Of a DNA stretch of 64,000 nucleotides, positions 27,050-38,636 are shown in pieces. Positions within the stretch are counted from its first letter, which is position 1. Each line of letters begins with the position of its first letter. The DNA is taken from the NCBI RefSeq assembly GCF_020745735.1, contig NC_083429.1:44001877-44065876 (forward strand), written 5' to 3'. The position numbers and the translations under genes were made by a program. The DNA is from Hemiscyllium ocellatum. Its lineage: Eukaryota. Under the pieces are notes generated by a model, which ran no database searches, had not been told where the DNA came from, and worked only from the letters and a program-made list of their open reading frames with translations.

Positions 27050-28385
27050 ATTTCTGTGGTATACATTTATAAATAATGGAACAGAAAAAAGACATTGCTG
27101 TAAATAGACGTTATTATATATTTTTTACACCACCAGGAAAATACTGCATGGCCAATTGTTTATTTACAAGCAAAGCCTGTTATGGGCAATGCCAATGTCA
27201 AAAAAACCAGGGTGGGGAATAGGGAGAGAAGAAGGGGACTAAATCAAAATGAAATGGGAGTTGTAAATAAAGCAGTCTACTCCCACAGTCCCCACCTCTT
27301 TGTAAAGGCATCAAGAAGGTTGGTGGACACCCCATGCTCCCTCTCCCAGGGTCAAACATAACCGCGAATAAGGGTAGGCTGGTGGCAGAAATGACCTGCA
27401 CCAAGCCACTGCCTGGACCTGTTTATGGCTAGCCTGACCAGGCCCAGGAACAGGAACAGACCCATAACTGGTCGTCTGATCTGCCCACATCCCTCTGCAC
27501 CAGGTGTTCAAAGATCAGGAGCATGGCGCTGAAGTGTGATCAAAACACAACAAAAGACTTTTCAAGTAACTATAAAGGGAATGAAAACCCCACAGTCAAT
27601 ATATAGATGGCCCAGAGAGATCCTAGTGCTGCAAAGTAAACAGTTGGGCTGAGAGTCTGTGTACCGTTGCAATCTGCAGTTATACGGGACAGTTCCATGC
27701 AGCACCCTCCACCCATGTTCCCGATGGAAAATAGGAGGATTCCCATGTAGAGAGCTCTCCACTATGGATCCCTGCCATCCATTGGCAAATAAACTCACCA
27801 TGGTGTCTCCAGGTGGTAGAGGTTAAGAGTGAAGGTGGATGGTGTGCAGCAGCAGCTTGTACAAAAACTGCCTTGTGGAAGGCAAAAAGACATACTCCGT
27901 GTAATCAGGAGGCTGCTCAGGGTGTGGGATGCAGATTCCTGAGGGAGGGTCAGGATCATGGGGCCAACATGAAATTCCGTCCAAGTAAGGGTACACAAAG
28001 ACACATGCCTGAGAATCCTCCGACTGGTGCACAGTGCCAGGTCCAAACACCGCCATTTTCAGGCAACGGATGGTATTGGCCATGAGCTGGGCATCCACTG
28101 CTGCCCTATGTGCCAATTCCTGTGGCAGGATCCAGCCTATGACCCTCCCACCCAGCACTTCCCTGACTCTAGTCACCCGCTCGTAGCCATGGTCCTCCCC
28201 TCTGCCAATTCTCAAACCCGTGACAGTGGAGGTGTGGATTCTTGAGGATAGCCTCTACTCCTGATGGTGGGAAGATCCAGTGTGAGTCGACCATGATGAT
28301 GTCCTGGTAAAATATAGGCAGCGTTCTGAGGGAGAAGTGCAGACCCTTTTGGTCAATAAGCAAGAGCTGCGTATTGTAAAATAAT
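27050..28385 (-). mobile_element. Tx1/L1-clade LINE 3' fragment, decayed
   Basis: LRTLPIFYQD..., WRVLHGTVP...CLLC....SLGHLYIDC zinc knuckle across frameshifts. Confidence 0.7.
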
Positions 28386-30082
28386 TGACTTTTACGACCA
28401 TTGGGAGTGTTTGGCAGTAAATATATATTAACCCAGTTACATTTTGTTTAACAAGGTTTAACTTTTACAATGGTTTTAAGAATAAGTGGAACATTATAGG
28501 CAATAGATTTCCCATTGATTACGTTTCTGCAGGGTAGGGGACAATCTCAACAGCACATACTTTTGATTGTCATACAGTCACAAAGAGTGACTTTTAGATT
28601 TACACTTATCCAACCGTCGCAGTCTCTCAAATGTACTGTCAGTTTCAGTGGAGGAATGATACTGAATACTAACAGCTTCAACATCACTACCACCGCAACA
28701 TCTGAACCATTTCAAGATATAAGTATATCTCTGAGTCGAAGACTGGTTGTCCTTTCTGTCTCTGCCACACCCTGTTAAGTCTCTGCTTGAATCAATCGTT
28801 ATGTTTAGCCTTACTATCCATAATGGATAAATATCAGCCAAGAAACTGAGAAGCTTGCTCACCTGGGCTGTATCAGAACTCCGATAGAGTACTAGCTGAG
28901 ACTTTTGATACTTGAACACAATCCTCTGACTCTGCTATCGCTGAGAAACAGCTACCTCAGAAAAATAAGAATATCAGGATCTAAGAAGAAGAAGCAAGCC
29001 TTTTGAGCCTGCTCTGACACTCAAAATGATCAGACTTGATCTTCTGCCTCAGTTCCTTTTTCATGCTCACTGCCCTTAACTCTGGAATCCCTGAGAGACT
29101 AAAGCTCAGCCTTAAATATACCCTACACCCTCCACAATCCTCTGGACTAAAATATTCATGTTTCGAGAAAAGATATTTTCTCCTTTCATTCCAAATAATC
29201 AGCCACTTCTGCTTAGACTATTCCCCTTTCTCCTTTTCAGGGCAGCCTAGCCAGTCAGAGGAAGCCATCTCTCAGTATCTACTGCAACAAACCACTTTAG
29301 AATTTTACACATTTCTATTAAATTACCTCTCACTTTTCTAAACTTAGACAGTATAGGTCCGCAATATATTCTCCAAAAAAATCAGAAAGGAAACTTTATT
29401 TAAAGGCTTGAGAACTTTATGAAAAACTTCACACTTCTCCCAGTGGAGAGTATATTTTTGGACTTTTTTTAAATTCAAAGAAAATTTAAGTGAATGATTA
29501 ATCCTCAATATCTGTTGTACAATGAGACTGCGTATGTTAATATCAGACGATGTAACACTGATATCAGTCACAGGTTATCAAGACAGAGAAGAGAGGATGG
29601 AATGACCTCTCCTGGAGATCAAGATAATGTACAATACAGTGTAACTAAAGGCGTTTGCTGGGATCCGTGAGTCAGACAGTGCTAATGTTGATCTTGTCTC
29701 CCCCACACTCTGTGTAACGCAACCTGTATGCCCCTGTCCAAGTTTGTTTTTACCCTATGATCTTGCTTACTATGATCTGCCTGTGCTGTTCATAAACAAA
29801 GATTTTCACTGTACTTAGGTACACGTGACAATAAATCAACTCAAGTCAATGGTCAGTCTTTAAGTAAGGCAGTGACCTACATGAAGCACAATAAAATCAT
29901 AGACAGTACAGATGAAGGGATCACTCTCCCAGCAGTGCAGGATAGATCTCAAAATACTAAATGTCAAGTCAGTCTAACCCATCAGGTTTGATCACATAAG
30001 ATTTGTATCAGTAATGATAGATCAAACCAATACAAATATGTCTCCAATCAGGAAGGAAGTTAGGTTAAATAACATTGATTAC

Positions 30083-30280
30083 CTGTGATGTCAAAGGCTT
30101 CAGTTTCCTAATTTCATTTATCCCCATCCTCTCTTCGAACCATTTTCCTATGAGAGTTTGTGGAGAATACCGGTTATCCCCATCGGGGTTATACTCGTTA
30201 CCTGAATCGAAACGTTCCAATGGACCGTGGTTAATTGGACATGTGTCTTCCTCTGAGAAAAATTGGTCATCAGCTGCCAT
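30083..30280 (-). CDS. CFAP68: CFAP68/C11orf1 first coding exon
   Basis: MAADDQ...NRYSPQTLIGKWFEERMGINEIRKLKPLTSQ then GTAATC; resembles YSNRTLMGNWNQERYDL...KPLPSQ; start codon less certain. Confidence 0.8.
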
Positions 30281-30369
30281 GATGAAGTGTGAGGGACTGT
30301 AATCTGGACACAGCAACTCTCTGAGTGAGATCTCTGCAACTAACCTGAGCAACAATGTGTGAGGTGTTG

Positions 30370-30383
30370 GTTGCCCTGGTAAT
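30370..30383. promoter_or_regulatory. RFX X-box upstream of CFAP68
   Basis: GTTGCCCTGGTAAT versus consensus GTTGCCATGGCAAC, 90 bp upstream of the ATG of a ciliary gene. Confidence 0.6.
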
Positions 30384-30639
30384 GGGACTTAGTGACTGCT
30401 CTGATGCCTAATTCCATTGTTAATTACATCACAGAGCCAGCAAAGCAAGTCACACACTGAACTCCAATTGTGGACACAGAGTCTCCCTTTTGTTTACATC
30501 CAGAAGTGCTTTCATGCACAATGGAACTTTTTATTCCCATCAACACATTAATTTGTTGATAGTAAGAAAACATGCTAGCCCATATTAATTTCCACCGTTA
30601 TTGACCACCATTAAGTCACATGTGTTTCTAATTATTAAT

Positions 30640-31110
30640 CAATTTACATGCAAAGCCCATTGGGGCATTGCAATGACACCAAAGGTGAAGGAGAAGTAGG
30701 GAGGGAAGAACGAGACTAAATCAAAATGGAGTTGGAAGGGGATATAATGCACTTCACCGCACCCCAACCTGGTGCCCACCTTGTATAAAAGCATCAAGAC
30801 TGTTGGTGGATACGATCTGTACCCGCTCCAAGGACGCCTGGGGATGAACTTGGCCATGGAAGAAGGGCAGACAGTCAGCAACAATGACCCCCTCCATGTT
30901 CCCCTTAATGGACACCATGACCGAGCCCAGGAGCAGGAACATAAGTTGGTCTTCTGACTTGCTCACTCCCCACTGCAGGGAGTTCCTAAAAATCAGGAGC
31001 ATGGGGCTGAAGTGCAATCAAAAGCATAACAAAGGATGTTTCAAATAATTGAAAAGGGGGTGAAACCACCCATAACCCTATAAACATGGTCTATGGACTC
31101 CACAACACCA
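30640..31110 (-). mobile_element. Second fragment of the same Tx1-like LINE family
   Basis: Shares atcaggagcatgg..ctgaagtg and gactaaatcaaaatg with 27230-27560. Confidence 0.7.
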
Positions 31111-31964
31111 TAAACAAAATCTGCTTTTAGCTAGATCATCCAATTTACAACACACGTTGATTCATTCTGTGATTTACTATCATACTGATTGTTGTAGAAA
31201 CATTAAAGGACCGTTACCCTACTTTCAATTATCATGAAGATAGAAAATGCTGCAATACTCAGCAGGTCAGGCAGTCTCTGTGGGCAAATAAAGAGGGTTA
31301 ATCTTAAAATATTCTTCTATCCACAGATGCTGCCTAATATGCTACCAGTACTTTTGTTTTTATTTTTAATTTCCAGCATATGCTTTTGCTTTTGCTGTAA
31401 ATCCGACTTCAAAATTTGTCATTGAGACTTTGAGAATGAAAAGAATTCCCTTGTCCTATCAGTGTGAGCAGTAACGTAACATTTTTCCTGTAAAATTATG
31501 AACTAAAATAAACAACTCAAACATCGATAAAGTTTGTATAAATAAAAACATAGAATATTAAAGCAAAGAGATTATGCTGAAATGTTATGAAACATAGTTC
31601 AGGTTTCAGCTGGAGTATTTTGGACAATCGTGATCATCACACTTCAGGAGAGTTGCAAAGGGTTTAGAAAGTTTCCAGAGAGTTGATGCAATCTAAAAAT
31701 CACCACCTGGAAAGGGGATAGAAGCTGTTTCAATACCAATTTTGAAAGGGAGTTAGATGGCTATATCAGTTCAGGAAATGACAGGATTACAGAGGAAAAT
31801 CAGGAGGTGAGGGAAAGCACAATAGCTGTTTATGACAGCCAACTCAGGCACGGGGGCAGAAAGGCTTCATTTTGTGCTGCATGTTTCTATACGTTTCAGA
31901 CAAGAGAACTGTCAAAAGCATTAAATTTAGTAGAAACTAGTTTACGTATTACACTAGCAGTTCC

Positions 31965-32390
31965 AGACCCTCCCCTCATCCCCATCCAGATTCTCTCCTC
32001 ATCCCCATCCAGACTCTCCCCGATCTCCATCCAAACTCTCCCCTGACCTCCATCCACACTCTCCCCGATCTCCATCCAGACTCTCCCCATATCTCCATCC
32101 AGACTCTCTCCTCATCCCCATCCAGACTCTCCCCGATCTCCATCCAAACTCTCCCCTGACCTCCATCCACACTCTCCCCGATCTCCATCCAGACTCTCCC
32201 CATATCTCCATCCAGACTCTCTCCTCATCTCCATCCAGTCCCTCCCCTGATCCCAATCAAGATTCTCCCCGGTCCTAATCCAGATCCTCCCTGATTCCCA
32301 TCCAGATCTTCCCCTAATCTCCATCCAGATCCTCTCAGATCCTTCCCTCATCCCCATCTAGACCCTCCCCTATAATTCTAACCAGACCCA
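31965..32390. repeat. C/T-rich minisatellite, ~22-bp unit with 113-bp higher-order period
   Basis: Units like ctctccccgatctccatccaga; ctctcctcat recurs at 31993, 32106 and 32219. Confidence 0.9.
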
Positions 32391-32539
32391 GGTGTTAATA
32401 AGAGCTTGAAATGATAGAATTGATAATTAGAATGTAGGATGGAAGTGTTAAAGGAAAGAAATATATGATTAAACTGGTTTAAAATGACAGAAAAGGAAGA
32501 AAGGCGGTGTGTTTAGCATTTGTTCTTTAGTAGCTTCAC

Positions 32540-32990
32540 CACACCAGGCCGCTGTCGCTGTGTTTGCAGCGGGCAGGTCGGTGCCAGCGACTCGGGCAGG
32601 AGCTGGTGGTTCCCAGAGCTGTCCTGGGGATTGAGCGCTCCTGCATTGGGCTTGGGGCTGTCTCTCGCTGGGAGCGCGGAAGCTGCGGCCCTGGGAGCTG
32701 CATCCGCCCCGCTCTGGGTGGGTTGAGGAGAGCGGGGAGGGCCGCTGGGCCGAGGAGGAGGTGGGGGGGGGGGGAAGTGCAATTCTCCGGAGCTATGCGG
32801 AGGCCGGGCTGGGATTTGCAGAAACAGCATAACTGCACAAAACTGGGCAATCATCTGGGGCAAGGCAGAGGATGCAGTTTTTTTTTCATGAGAAACCTTT
32901 GTTGCACCCGCTGATCTGAGTGAGCTCCAAGCTGCCCTGGCATTGGGAAATGTGCAACCCTAACCAGCCTCACGGCCGCACTGTGCAACA
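32540..32990. promoter_or_regulatory. CpG island, probable FDXACB1 promoter/non-coding first exon (possibly shared with CFAP68)
   Basis: GC- and CpG-rich island with GC boxes between divergent genes; the FDXACB1 ATG exon has a splice acceptor at 34974. Confidence 0.65.
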
Positions 32991-33027
32991 ACAACCTTCA
33001 TTTCAGCAGTGCCATTTATCACAGTAA

Positions 33028-33308
33028 GTCATAGAATCCCTTCAGCGCGGAAGCAGGCCATTCAGCCCTTCCAGTCCACGCCAACCCTCCGAAGAGTATC
33101 CCACCCAGACCCCATCCCTATGAGTCTGAATTTCCATGGCTAACCCACTTAGCCTGCACTTCTTTGGAGTGTGAGACCAAACCGAAGCACCCAGAGGGGA
33201 CCCACACAGACAAGGGGACATGTGCAAATTCAACACAGTCACCCAACGCTAGAATTGAACTGAGGTCCGTGGTGTTGTGAGGCAGCAGTGCTAGCCACTG
33301 TGCCACCC
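33028..33308 (-). mobile_element. HE1-type SINE, older copy
   Basis: gaggcagcagtgctagccactgtgccacc head, diverged body. Confidence 0.8.
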
Positions 33309-33374
33309 CATGAAACAGTTAGGATCTTATAGCCGGTTCACTGTCTCCTCTTGGTTAAGAAAATATATATTGGC

Positions 33375-34110
33375 TTTGCAGAGGAGGGTCAATAGGTCGA
33401 TTCTAGGGGACTGTCTTTGAAGATGTTGAGTAGGTTGGTACTGTATTCAGTGGAGTTTAAAAGAAACAGAGGTAGCCTATTGAAACATACAAGACTCTGA
33501 GGAGAGTTGGAGGGAATCCTGAGGGACAGGATGTACATGTATTTGGAAAGGCAAGGAGGTTGGTACGTGTGTGGAATGAGCTGCCAGAGGAAGTGGTGGA
33601 GGCTGGTACAATTGCAACATTTAAGAGGCATTTGGATGGGTATATGAATCGGAAGGGTTTGGAGGGAAATGGACCAAGTGATGGCAGGTGGGACTAGATT
33701 GGGTTGGGATATCTGGTCGGCATGGACAGGTTGGACCGAAGGGTCTGTTTCCATGCTGTACATCTCTATGACTCTACTTGACAGGATAGAATCAGAGAGG
33801 TTGTTTCCCCTTGTGGGAGAGTCTAGGACAAGAGGGCATAATGTCAGAGTAAAGGGTTATCCATTTATGAAAGACAAGGAGAAATTTCTTGTCTCAGAGG
33901 ATGGGAAATCAGTGGAATTCTTTACTGCAGAGGGCTGTCAAGGCTGGGTCATTAAGTCTTTTCATGGTTGTGATAGACAGATTTTTAATCAATGGGGAAT
34001 CCAGGATTATGGGGAAAAGGTTGAGAATTATCAGACCAGCTTTGATGTCATTAAATAGCAGAACAAACTCAATTGGCTGAAGGGCCAACTTTGGCTCCTA
34101 CATCATAAAG
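33375..34110 (+). mobile_element. Nested CR1 fragments (HER1-like 3' end inside another CR1)
   Basis: Insert at about 33555-33775 interrupts the RLFPLVGESRTRGHN-coding fragment. Confidence 0.7.
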
Positions 34111-34574
34111 TCTTGAAACTTATGAAGGCACTTTATCATTGTTGACAGCCCCATCATTCAATGATGACTTTTACTTACAGTCTTAGGTTTGTGCCTTGGA
34201 TCTTCAAAAGACTGAACAATTGCATTCTTGACCTATTGATCATTGGCAATAATGTGCAGATGAAGTGGAAACTGGCCACAGAATGAGATATTAGGAGCAG
34301 TGCCCAAAACATTGTGTCAAAAAGGCACCTTTTAAGGAGTACCTTGGTGAGGGTGAGAGAGCTTGGAGAGATTTAGGAAGGGAATCCTGCAATGTAGGGC
34401 CTCAGCAGCTAAAGCTACATCAAACAGCAACATTCCCTCAAAGGTGGGCAGCTGTGCAACTGCTCTGAGGGTCTGTGCACTCGGATTGGTGTCAGGTCAT
34501 AATGATTTACGTTTTGTGGCCATTGCAGCTGTGCACAGACCTGTCTGCGTGGTGACTGGGACAACCAGTAGTAG

Positions 34575-34716
34575 GAGGAGAAAGTGAGGACTGCAGATGC
34601 TGGAGATCAGAGCTGAAAATATGTTGCTGGAAAAGCGCAGCAGGGCTTATGCCCGAAACATACGAATCTCCTGCTCCTTGGATGCTGCCTGACCTGCTGC
34701 GCTTTTCCAGCAACAC
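34575..34716. mobile_element. Mini PLE insertion, family B, inverted arms
   Basis: 14-bp TSD acaaccagtagtag at 34561 and 34717. Confidence 0.9.
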
Positions 34717-34986
34717 ACAACCAGTAGTAGAGCAATTGAATCAGGAGCTTTTGAGTTTCAGAGAAGCGCAGGGTTGGGAGGCTCTGGAAAATTCTAACAG
34801 AATTTGGAAAGATAGTGAGGGGATTTGAAAACCAAATGAAAGATATGAATGGGAAGTAAAGATTCCATTACAACTTGGAAGCTGATTAATGATGGACAGA
34901 CAGGTTTGAATTTGTAAGGCTTTTAATTTATGACAGAAGGCTTTTGAAAAGTTTACTGTTCATTATCTCCTCAGCTTTTTCACAAA

Positions 34987-35161
34987 ATGAGACAAGAAGG
35001 TAGCACCTTGCTGGTAGCCGAGGGGAACTTCTCCTTTGCTTCTGCATTGTGTGAACGTTTGGACAGAGGCACCCAACTCATTGCAACCTGCTATGAAAGT
35101 GAAAAGGAAATATCAAAGCATGAAAATACAACCAAAAATATTGCCAAACTGTTAGAGAAAG
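34987..35161 (+). CDS. FDXACB1: FDXACB1 coding exon 1
   Basis: MRQEGSTLLVAEGNFSFASALCE...TQLIATC; GTGAGG donor. Confidence 0.93.
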
Positions 35162-35743
35162 GTGAGGAGGCAATACTGACGGGTAAGAGGGGTCACTTTG
35201 ATCGCAGTATGACAGAAGAAAAATTTAAATTTGAAACAAAAATTGAAGTGCGTAACTACTTTGTTTTTATATCAACTAATTCTTTTTCTCCAAAGTGCTG
35301 GAGAAACTCAGCAGATCTGGCAGAGTCTGAGGAGAGAGAAAAACATGTTTAACGTTTAGAGTCCTATGTGACCCTTCTTCAGATTCAGAGACTGGTTAAT
35401 GTTTGGTAGCATCTCTCATCCAAATTAATTTTCACAAGAAGAGATGCTTAAGTGGAAAATAATATAGTGATAGTTATTCATTTTGGATCTACAGAAGAGT
35501 AGGAAGTGAATACTTCGTACTTCCATACTAGTTACTTAAAAAACTAATTTCCAGTTCAAATCGATAATAATGTCAGCTTTGAAACTGCCCAGAAGCTGAT
35601 GTAATTGATTCTGGTGGGATAACTTGCATCATCTCTCCATCCATTTCTTTCTTTTTTCTAATACCACACTTTCTTGCTATCATCACTTTCATTCTTTTGC
35701 ATCCATACCTCCGTATTTGGTTAGAACGTGTTACATTTTGAAT

Positions 35744-35778
35744 GTTCTGATGAAAGGTCATCAACCTGAAATGTTAAC
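35744..35778 (+). ncRNA. Minimal hammerhead-like motif in an old PLE terminus
   Basis: GUU CUGAUGA A AGGU-CAUCA-ACCU GAAAU GUU AAC. Confidence 0.55.
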
Positions 35779-36246
35779 TCTTTTCTCTCTCCATTGCTCG
35801 GCCAGGTGAGTATTTGCAGTATTTTCTGTCACTGCTGACTGTTTCTCTGCTGGGTTCCACATACAGAGAATTGAGACATGTTGTAAACAATGGCCGGTTT
35901 GATTTGAATGTTTTTGATATTTGTATCAAAGAAGCTTAAAGACTTTACTTAATCTGATTGTAAAAGAGATGTTCGGTTTTTAGCTGATAGAATTCTCAAT
36001 CCATGTACCTTGAGTTTTATTGTGATGCCTTCATTTAGCTCTGTCATTTTTGTCACATTCATATCTGAGATTTTAGGACACCCATTTGGAGCAGGTGAGA
36101 CATGAACCCACAGCCCTCCTGGCTCAAAAGGTAGGGATATTACCACTGTATAATTCCACCAGCCTAAATTGGCTCATACATTTTCCTGCTTAAATTGATT
36201 CAATCACAGATGCCTCCTTTCATTCACCAGCAGAATACATCGCAGG

Positions 36247-36510
36247 TTGGGGCACTTGTGGTACAGTGGTAGTGTCCCAATCCCGGGCCTTGGACCATGA
36301 TGCCCAGGTTCAAGTCCCACCTGCTCCAGAGATGTGAAATAACATCTTTGAATAAGTTGATTAGAAAAAAAAAGTTAAATTAAAAAAAAATGCAGGTTGG
36401 GGCTCTTGTGATGAAGTGGTAGTGTCCATATTGTCTGAGCTAGGAAGCCCAGGTTCAAGTCTCAGCTATCCGAGACGTGTCATAACCATGTCTGACAAGG
36501 TTGGTTAAAA
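36247..36510 (+). mobile_element. Two tandem short tRNA-derived SINEs
   Basis: ggggc.cttgtg...agtggtagtgtcc...ccaggttcaagtc twice; related copies near 19982 and 38920. Confidence 0.65.
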
Positions 36511-37211
36511 CTATGGATATTGTAGTTTGGTTGGTGCACCATCTAATATTGCTCTCATTCCCAGACAATTTAGTGATTAAACGAGTCTCAAGAAGGATTT
36601 GATCTTTATTTCATCACTGAAACACATACCAGCCCAGGGACAATCAGAATGTTTGGACATTTCTGCTGACAGTTGCTGAAATGGGACATTGTTGAATTTA
36701 AAATAGCAGTTGTAGTGCCATTCATTTAAACATGACAAACACATCAGTGTGTGTCATTATTTAAACTTCAAACTCCAGCATGTTACATTAGTAAGTAAAA
36801 GAAGTAAAAAGATTTTAGAACGTTTTTGAAGTGTCTCTGAATTACTTGTGGTGAGCTACATGTTGGCTCTATAGCTGAAGTTACAGCTGTTGCTGGGAGC
36901 CTGTGACAAGTGGGAGTTCATCTCATATTGGAAAATCCTACCGGAGGTGGCATGCAGGGGCAGAACAGTGACTGGCACCTGACTGTTCTGCTAATTTAAT
37001 ATACTTATAGGTTGTAAACTTAGAGCTGGGTGCTGTATAAAATGGCATATTTGGGATGTTCAGTTTTGTACTTTAATGACATGTTCTGGGCAATCATATT
37101 GTTTCCAGTATGGGTAGTGATGAAACTGCTTTTTGTGATGCTCTAAATCTGCCACATACCAGACGGAAATTATTAGCAATAGCTTTTTAATCCTTGGCTA
37201 TTGTCCTTCAG

Positions 37212-37368
37212 GAGCAGAAGTCTACTTTCAAGTGGATTGCACCAAGCTCCAGGAATATCCCTGCTTGAAAAGTAGGCAGTTTGATAGGATTATCTTCAAT
37301 TTCCCGCACTGTGGCAGAAAGGCTGGCGTGAAGATGAACAGAGAGCTGCTGGCTAATTTTTTTCTGAG
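37212..37368 (+). CDS. FDXACB1: FDXACB1 coding exon 2
   Basis: AEVYFQVDCTKL...FDRIIFNFPHCGRKAGVKMNRELLANFF; AG/GTAAGT. Confidence 0.95.
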
Positions 37369-37542
37369 GTAAGTTCTGAAATTACGTGCGGAAGTTGACG
37401 ATGTCCACCTCTGGACTCAGCGTTTCACTGGCTGCAAAGTAGTTCATCGGGAGCGGTGGACATTTAGCTTCCTGCTTCTTTGCACCATCCTCAGTTTTTT
37501 CTGCTGATAACAGGAATAATGCCATTGTGGCTTTCTTTTCAG

Positions 37543-37746
37543 TTGCGCCGATGTTCTGACTGCCAAAGGTGATGTTCATGTTACCCTGTGTAAGGGACAG
37601 GGAGGGACTGCTGCTGATCAGCCAATGAGAGCATGGCATAACAGCTGGCAAATCGTTGCTATGGCTGCAAGAGCTGGGTTCATATTAAGTAAAGTGCAGA
37701 TGTTTGACTGCTCACAGTATGATGGCTACACCAGCACTGGATATAG
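37543..37746 (+). CDS. FDXACB1: FDXACB1 coding exon 3
   Basis: CADVLTAKGDVHVTLCKGQGGTAADQPMRAWHNSWQIVAMAA...YTSTGY. Confidence 0.95.
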
Positions 37747-38027
37747 GTAGGTTATGCAATTCACAACATATCTTTCATATAGTTGGATCTGCATGCCATT
37801 TTCCTTTCCTCCTGATGTCTGGAAAAAGAAGTATAAGTCCTGGAGCAGACATCTTCAGGAAATGTTCTTCATTTTAATACATTAATGAAATACATCCTGT
37901 TCACAAAAAGTAGGACAAATCTGACCTGACCAATCAGTAGCAGTGATGAAAGGGGTCATTTACAGTGCTATCCAGTGGCACTTACTCAACAATAATCTGA
38001 TCACTAACCAGTCTGGGTTCCTGTAGG

Positions 38028-38621
38028 AGAAAGAGAGGACTGCAGATGCTGGGGATCAGAGCTTAAAAATGTGTTGCTGGAAAAGCACAGCAGGTCAGGC
38101 AGCATCAAAGGAACAGGAAATTCAACGTTTCGGGCATAAGCCCTTCTTCAGGAATGAGGAGGGCGTGCCAAGCAGGCCAAGATAAAAGGTAGGGAGGAGG
38201 GACTTGGGGGGAGGGGCGTTGGGCATGCGAGAGGTGGAAGGAGGTTAAGGTGAGGGTGATAGGCCGGAGTGGGGGGTGGGGGCGGAGAGGTCAGGAAGAA
38301 GATTGCAGGTCAAGAAGGTGGTGCTGAGTCTGAGGGTTGGGACTGAGTAAAGGTGGGGGGGGAGGGGAAATTGAGGAAGCTGGAGAAATCAATCTTCTTC
38401 CCGACCTCTCCGCCCCCACCCCCTCTCTGGCCTATTACCCTCACCTTAACCTCCTTCCACCTATCGCATTCCCAACGCCCCTCCCCCAAGTCCCTCCTCC
38501 CTACCTTTTATCGGAGGCTGCTTGGCACACCCTCCTCATTCCTGAAGGGCTTATGCCCAAAACGTCGTTCTCCTTTGATGCTGCCTGACCTGTTGCGCTT
38601 TTCCAGCAACACATTTTTAAG
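38028..38621. mobile_element. PLE family B insertion with inverted arms
   Basis: 15-bp TSD ctgggttcctgtagg at 38013 and 38622; homologous to 59606-59970. Confidence 0.92.
38120..38155 (-). ncRNA. Minimal type I hammerhead ribozyme (PLE family B)
   Basis: AUUC CUGAAGA A GGGC-UUAU-GCCC GAAAC GUU GAAU. Confidence 0.8.
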
Positions 38622-38636
38622 CTGGGTTCCTGTAGG

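Noticed and set aside
28578-28919. 113-aa ORF containing RCCGGS, reminiscent of the C11orf52 N-terminus
   Set aside because: Only a 5-residue match, wrong syntenic position, no ATG start and no in-phase splice path
31807-32357. Repetitive ORFs (GRVWMEIGES...) and a CRISPR-like look
   Set aside because: Translation of a minisatellite; no unique spacers and no cas genes in a eukaryotic locus
32513-32914. Several 100+ aa ORFs on both strands
   Set aside because: CpG-island composition; no recognisable protein
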